Origin: Nanobdellota archaeon
GTDB lineage: Archaea; Nanobdellota; Nanobdellia; SCGC-AAA011-G17; GW2011-AR17
Length of the DNA stretch: 64,000 bases
Direction of reading: 5' to 3'
Assembly (NCBI GenBank): GCA_018830945.1
Contig: JAHJRD010000093.1
Location: forward strand, 14,495-78,494
The position numbers and the translations under genes are program-made. Position 1 is the stretch's first letter, and each line of letters starts with the position of its first letter. Under the pieces are notes generated by a model. The model worked only from the letters and a program-made list of their open reading frames with translations, was not told the origin of the DNA and made no database searches. Positions 59,511-64,000 of the stretch are shown here, piece by piece.

Positions 59511-62165
59511 ATGAAAAAAAGAGTGATTTGGCTATTTGGATTAATGCTAATTCTCTTTGCAGCTAATGCTTTTGCGCTTGAAATTAATTTTAGAGATAAA
59601 AGCTACCCAGGATACTTGTTTATCCCTCTTTTGCTTATTGCAGTAATCTGGGTTGTAATAGTTACAATGTGGCTGTTCAGGCATTTCAAGGGATTGTCGC
59701 TTTTCTTTTTTAATGTAGGCAAGTTTGTCTCGCAATTTGGGATAGGAGCAGGATTAAAAAAGCTAAAGGAAAAAATAAAGGAAAGCGGCAAAAAAGATGG
59801 AGAGGAAACTGTTGTCAAGAAGGCTGAAATAAAGGAGGAAGAGGCAAAGCGCGATTTGACAGGATTTGTTGCAAAAGTTGATGCACTTGAAAAAAAGCTT
59901 GAGAAAACAAAAGATACCAATGAAGTTCTTAAGGAATTTGGCCCCATGGTCAAGGATTTCCTTACCGCATTATTAAATATCCACTATGAGTTCACTGACG
60001 CTGAGATTGCCGAGGTGCTTGAGAAAAAGAAAAAGCATCTTGTTGATTTTGCGCAGAAGATTTCTGACATGAAGTTCAGCGGCAAAAAAGTGTCCAGGAA
60101 GGAAATTGAAACAAGTGTAAAGGAGTTCAAGAGCATTGTCCACAAATATGTTGAAACAGGATGGAAGCCAAAAAAGGTTGCAAGGGGCATTATTGAACGC
60201 CTGGCTGAGCAGGACAAGAGAATACTCACGAATGTAAAACAGTATGTTGATTTCCTCAAGCACGAAAACAGGAAAAAGCAGATTGAATCCCTGCTTGCTG
60301 ATGAAGAGGAGATACTTAAGAGAAACGTCCGCTCAATGAAGCATACATACAACAGGATACTGAAGATGTATGTCCAGCTTACGCCTAATGACAAGGCTGT
60401 TGTCTATCCGCAGCTTGTTGAGTTTTACAACAATGCAAACAAGGCAATATTCTCAAGCGTTTACGGCAAGAAAAGCAAGAAAGAGCTTGAATATTTTGTA
60501 AGGGAATTGAAAAGGCTTAAAGAGATGCCGAAAAGAGAGCCGTGGCTGCTGAGGATGAAGCACAGGATTTCAATGCCTTCAAAAGAGCTCAAGATCAAGG
60601 CGCCAAAAGCGCCTGCTGTGAAAGCTAATAAGAAAGTAAGGGAAAAAGTAAAGCTTCCATCAATAAAGCCGCTGTTTGTAAAGCTTGTCAAGGTGTTCAG
60701 GCCGTCGGAAATAAGCGAAAAAAGAGCAAAGAGAATGTTCAAGCCAAAGAAGGCTGAGAAAATAAAGCTTAAAGAGCCTACATTAAAGCCATTGCTTGAA
60801 AAGATAAGCAGTGTCAAGGAGATTGGAGAATCATTCAAGGCATCGTTCAGGGAAAGGTTTGGCAAGAAAATACCAACAATCACAGAAAAGCTCATCGCGC
60901 CAAAGCCGCCAGAGAGCAGCGAAAAAGTATTTGAAAAGCAAGTTCCAAAGCCAGGCAAAACAATGCCTGAAGCAGGGGCAATAGCAGAAATAGGCAGGCT
61001 GCTTGAGCAGACTCAGACAATAGAAAAAGTGAATTATGCAGAAAAGCTCAGGCAGAAGATGTCAGAGGGATGGAACCTGATTGCTGTTTCCAACTTCAAG
61101 GCATTTGACGAGCTGTATGAAAAAATAAAGATTGATTATGTAAACCTTAGCAAGGAAGAGCAAACAGTGCTTGGACCGAAGATAATAACATTGCATGACG
61201 CTTCAATCAATGCAAGGACGCAGAATACAAGGAATGCGCTTTTGGAAAAAGAAAAGGCAGTGGAGGGCGCTTTAATAAAGCGCGCAGAAGCAAAGGAAAA
61301 AAGAAAAACACAGACAGAAGCCCATAAAATCCTTTCTGCCATAGAAGCAGAGTTTGACGAGGAAGCGGAGCTGAGAAAGGAGGAAGATGAGCTGCTAAGG
61401 CTTAAGGAGGAGAGAAATAGAAGGCATGAGTATGATTTAAGGAAAAAAGAGCAGCATAAGGTGCAGGCAGGGCTTAAGAAAATTGACTGGCTCTTCAGGG
61501 AAAGGGCAAGGCTTGACAGGCAGCAGGAGAAAAAGAGAAAAGAGGAAGAGGAAGTAAGATTCCAGGAAGAGCGCAGAAGAATCCGGCTTGAGGCTGAAAA
61601 AAAGAAAAAAGAGCAGGCTGCTGCAAAGCAGGAGATTGCATATATTGACAGGATGTTCATGGAGAAGGCTGAGGCTGAAAGAAAAGCAGAAAGGCAAAGG
61701 AGAGATGAGGAAAAGCTGAGGCTTGAGGCGCTGCAGCAGGTTAAGCAAGAGAACACTGCAAGGCAGCGCAGCGAATGGCTTATCAAGAGGGAAGAGGAAA
61801 GAAAAAGAAAAGATATTGAAAGCAGAAAGAAAGAGACTGAAAAGTTCAGGCTTCAAAAGGAAAGAGAGATAAAGGCTGCAATGCGCGAGACGAGCCTTCC
61901 GGCGCTTGAATCCCTTGAGGATGAATTGCGCAGGCGGATAAGTGAAATAAGCAAATCTTCTGCGCCTGGCGAGAACATGAAAGAAAGGGTTATGAAGGAA
62001 GCTGAGATTGTCAGGAGAGAGGCTGAGATTAAAAGGAGCATTGAGGAAAGGAAGAGAAAGCTGCTTGCGCAGAAAAAGAGAAAGAAAGAGGATGTTGTTT
62101 CTCCATTAGAGCAGGAGCAGCTGAAATTATTATTGGAATTGGAAAGGATAAAAGAAGGATTATAA
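59511..62165 (+). CDS. signal-peptide/TM-anchored protein with ~750-aa K/E/R-rich charged helical region
   Basis: Signal peptide plus one TM helix, then extreme charged low-complexity sequence (…RKKEQHKVQAGLKK…EKKRKEEEEVRFQEERRRIRLEAEKKKKEQ…). Confidence 0.5.
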   Translation: MKKRVIWLFGLMLILFAANAFALEINFRDKSYPGYLFIPLLLIAVIWVVIVTMWLFRHFKGLSLFFFNVGKFVSQFGIGAGLKKLKEKIKESGKKDGEETVVKKAEIKEEEAKRDLTGFVAKVDALEKKLEKTKDTNEVLKEFGPMVKDFLTALLNIHYEFTDAEIAEVLEKKKKHLVDFAQKISDMKFSGKKVSRKEIETSVKEFKSIVHKYVETGWKPKKVARGIIERLAEQDKRILTNVKQYVDFLKHENRKKQIESLLADEEEILKRNVRSMKHTYNRILKMYVQLTPNDKAVVYPQLVEFYNNANKAIFSSVYGKKSKKELEYFVRELKRLKEMPKREPWLLRMKHRISMPSKELKIKAPKAPAVKANKKVREKVKLPSIKPLFVKLVKVFRPSEISEKRAKRMFKPKKAEKIKLKEPTLKPLLEKISSVKEIGESFKASFRERFGKKIPTITEKLIAPKPPESSEKVFEKQVPKPGKTMPEAGAIAEIGRLLEQTQTIEKVNYAEKLRQKMSEGWNLIAVSNFKAFDELYEKIKIDYVNLSKEEQTVLGPKIITLHDASINARTQNTRNALLEKEKAVEGALIKRAEAKEKRKTQTEAHKILSAIEAEFDEEAELRKEEDELLRLKEERNRRHEYDLRKKEQHKVQAGLKKIDWLFRERARLDRQQEKKRKEEEEVRFQEERRRIRLEAEKKKKEQAAAKQEIAYIDRMFMEKAEAERKAERQRRDEEKLRLEALQQVKQENTARQRSEWLIKREEERKRKDIESRKKETEKFRLQKEREIKAAMRETSLPALESLEDELRRRISEISKSSAPGENMKERVMKEAEIVRREAEIKRSIEERKRKLLAQKKRKKEDVVSPLEQEQLKLLLELERIKEGL

Positions 62166-62188
62166 TCAACCTGCAGATTGGTTGGTAA

Positions 62189-63208
62189 TTATTCTGATTT
62201 CTTAGGGCTTCTTGGCGCCCTTTTTGCTCTTTTGGCGCGGCGTTCGTCTTTTTCCTTTTCGCGCTGCTGGTTTGCCTCTATTGAAGCCCAGCGTTTTGCA
62301 TTAATCTTTGCAAAGTTCACAGGATTTCTTATCTTTGAGCATAAAGGCAATGGGCTGCAGAATTGTAATTCTTTATAATATTCAACCTTGTCGCAGTTTG
62401 GCGGCAAAACAATTATTTTCTGCTTCTTGTGCCAGTTTATCTGCTCCAGCACATAGTTTTCCCTCAACGGCTCAGAATGGTTATTGTTCCACTCATAAAG
62501 CTTTTTCTCAATATCTTCCCAGCTCCATCCGCAGTGTATGAGGAATTTCAACAAAAGGAACAACGCCCTCTTTTTGCCGTCATCAAGCTTTGAGCTTAGA
62601 ATCTTTTTCATGCACGGCGGGAAGCACTCTTCTTTTACAACAATCTTTTCATCCTCAATGCCTGATGATTTCTTTCTCTCAGCAGCTAAGTTTAATTTAT
62701 CCTCTGCCCTGCCGTCCCTTTTTGCTTTTTTATCCCAGTCAAATGCCTGTATTATTAATGAAGATGCCTCATTCTGCTTTGCAGCTTCCCTGTCAATGAA
62801 TTTTAATACTGGCTTTACTGCAAACGGCTTTGCCTTTTCTTTTTCAAATGTTAAAATCTCATCCTGCTTTATGGGCAAAGAAACCAGTCCTGCCTTTTCA
62901 TGCAATGAGTATGGCGCCCTGAACATGTGCCTGCTTGAAATCAAGACAGTGTCAATGTCAACTATCTTGAAAGGGTCAAAGGAACCGTCCAATATAAGTT
63001 CATCAATTCTTTTCCCTGCTTTTTCCGCTATCTGCGATATATGCTCCTTGCTTAATATTGCTTCTGACAAGTGCCCTTTTATCATGTTTTGGAGGTAAGC
63101 AGCAATCACTCTCAGGCTTTCAGGGAACAGGTCTTTTGTTTTTATGCCGTTGACTTCGTCAGGGAATGCCTCAAAAGGCACTGCAATATGAAACCCCTTG
63201 TTTCCTGA
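62189..63208 (-). CDS. C-extein downstream of an intein junction; provisionally archaeo-eukaryotic primase small subunit (two short PriS-like motifs only) with a Cys-rich C-terminal domain
   Basis: The intein ends at ...LLLHN and the host sequence resumes at S230 (SGNKGFHI). SGNKGFHI resembles PriS motif II and VDIDTVLISSRHMFRAPYSLHEKAGL resembles motif III; these two short stretches are the whole basis for the primase call. The C-terminal Cys-rich stretch (CFPPC...HCGWSWED...NCD...C..C) is unassigned, a PriL-like Fe-S domain being one guess. The protein N-terminus lies beyond the window. Confidence 0.35.
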   Translation of the reverse strand, partial: SGNKGFHIAVPFEAFPDEVNGIKTKDLFPESLRVIAAYLQNMIKGHLSEAILSKEHISQIAEKAGKRIDELILDGSFDPFKIVDIDTVLISSRHMFRAPYSLHEKAGLVSLPIKQDEILTFEKEKAKPFAVKPVLKFIDREAAKQNEASSLIIQAFDWDKKAKRDGRAEDKLNLAAERKKSSGIEDEKIVVKEECFPPCMKKILSSKLDDGKKRALFLLLKFLIHCGWSWEDIEKKLYEWNNNHSEPLRENYVLEQINWHKKQKIIVLPPNCDKVEYYKELQFCSPLPLCSKIRNPVNFAKINAKRWASIEANQQREKEKDERRAKRAKRAPRSPKKSE

Positions 63209-64000
63209 ATTATGCAGGAGAAGAGGATAATAATTCCCAAAAAAAGCCTCTGTTCCTTTAACAGAAATGTCATAAACTTTAGCAGAACTTTTTTTGGTTA
63301 TGGATTTTACTTGTAAAATACCCACATCAGAATCTAATAATAACTCATAATTTGCAATAATCTCCTTTGAATGAGCATCAAATTCATTAGAATTAAATCT
63401 CTTGAACCATTTTATTACATTCCATATTCTTTCTGCATTGGCTCTTTTCTTGCGTAATGTCACCTGTTCAAGGCGATGATAATTAAAAAATTTAGGTTTA
63501 ATTTGCAAATAGACTCTTTTAAGCCCGTCAACTGGAAAGGTCCTATCTCTTGGGAATGGAGAAAATTTATTCCTACCCCTGAAAAATTCCTGTAAATTAA
63601 GCTCAGATTTCGGTATATTGAGTATATAAACAAAACTTCCTTTGAATATATTACCCTGCGGCAGTTTATGGGGCTTATTTTGTTCACAAGAAAGGGAGCA
63701 AGAAATCCCGTTTAATTTACAAAGCCAGAGCAGTTCAGTAATGAGCTTATGCGCAACAGATTTAATAGCGATATGGTATTTGCCCAGCTTATAACCATCG
63801 CCCCTTATATAGCCCTTTAAAAGTTCCATAAAAAGGGGTTTAGGAAGATTCCAAGCAAATTCAGGTATATGCTTATTCTTTTTTTTACCGCACAAATTCT
63901 CAAAAAAAGAAGCCCATTCTTTGGAATGGATTAATATTTGTGTAGAACCAGCATTAGGGTGCCTTATTGAGATATGCCTTTTCGTTACGCTTAAAAGAAG
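63209..64000 (-). mobile_element. intein (LAGLIDADG homing-endonuclease type), C-terminal part; continues past window end
   Basis: Block F/G VYDISV...FGNYYPLLLHN|S, LAGLIDADG-like LLKGYIRGDGY. The reading frame stays open through 64000. Confidence 0.6.

Noticed and set aside
60461-61856. Several minus-strand Ser/Leu/Phe-rich ORFs
   Set aside because: They are antisense to the K/E-rich region of 59511..62165.
62178-62378. 66-aa plus-strand ORF
   Set aside because: It overlaps the 3' end of the primase gene on the opposite strand.
1-64000. CRISPR arrays, rRNA, tRNA genes, transposases/IS elements
   Set aside because: I looked for evenly spaced direct repeats, for tRNA T-arm GTTC(G/A)A(A/T)TC motifs in every intergenic gap, and for DDE or serine/tyrosine recombinase motifs, and found none. 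The only mobile element recognised is the intein.

Overview
The window reads as an AT-rich archaeal chromosome segment, most likely from a DPANN-like lineage. This call rests on archaeal ribosomal proteins (eL15, and a uL1-uL10/P0-P1 cluster), an archaeal-type S-adenosylhomocysteine hydrolase, a FlaI/VirB11-family ATPase, a class-III signal-peptide pilin-like protein, SecDF, a fused intein-containing primase, and many wHTH-nucleotidyltransferase/HEPN modules. Coding density is high on both strands. The stretch 43.5-54.1 kb is an apparent plus-strand operon that couples a FlaJ/TadC-like platform protein to pilin-like proteins, large Cys-rich membrane-anchored proteins and two HExxH..DEY (M64-like) zincins. 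A FlaI-like ATPase and three tandem 4-TM paralogs sit nearby at 34-38 kb. I judge this candidate type-IV-filament-like surface/secretion system to be the most unusual content. Other notable items are five HEPN/MNT pairs plus one solo nucleotidyltransferase, all on the minus strand. Two plus-strand genes (ahcY and a DUF362 gene) each have a displaced duplicate of their own 3' end flanking inserted DNA, which is an integration-like signature. A low-GC islet carries a bacterial-type lipoprotein next to lspA. There is a GC-rich segment open in several frames that may be a structured RNA, possibly SRP RNA. Two families of intergenic repeats are present. An ORF that runs off the right edge of the window carries an intein (LAGLIDADG motif plus a terminal HN|S junction) in its upstream portion; the only primase-specific evidence is two short motifs and the primase small-subunit call itself remains tentative. 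No CRISPR array, rRNA, tRNA or transposase was recognisable by eye. Motif coordinates for short elements are approximate (+/- 2 nt). All functional calls rest on motif-level reading of the supplied translations, not on database searches.
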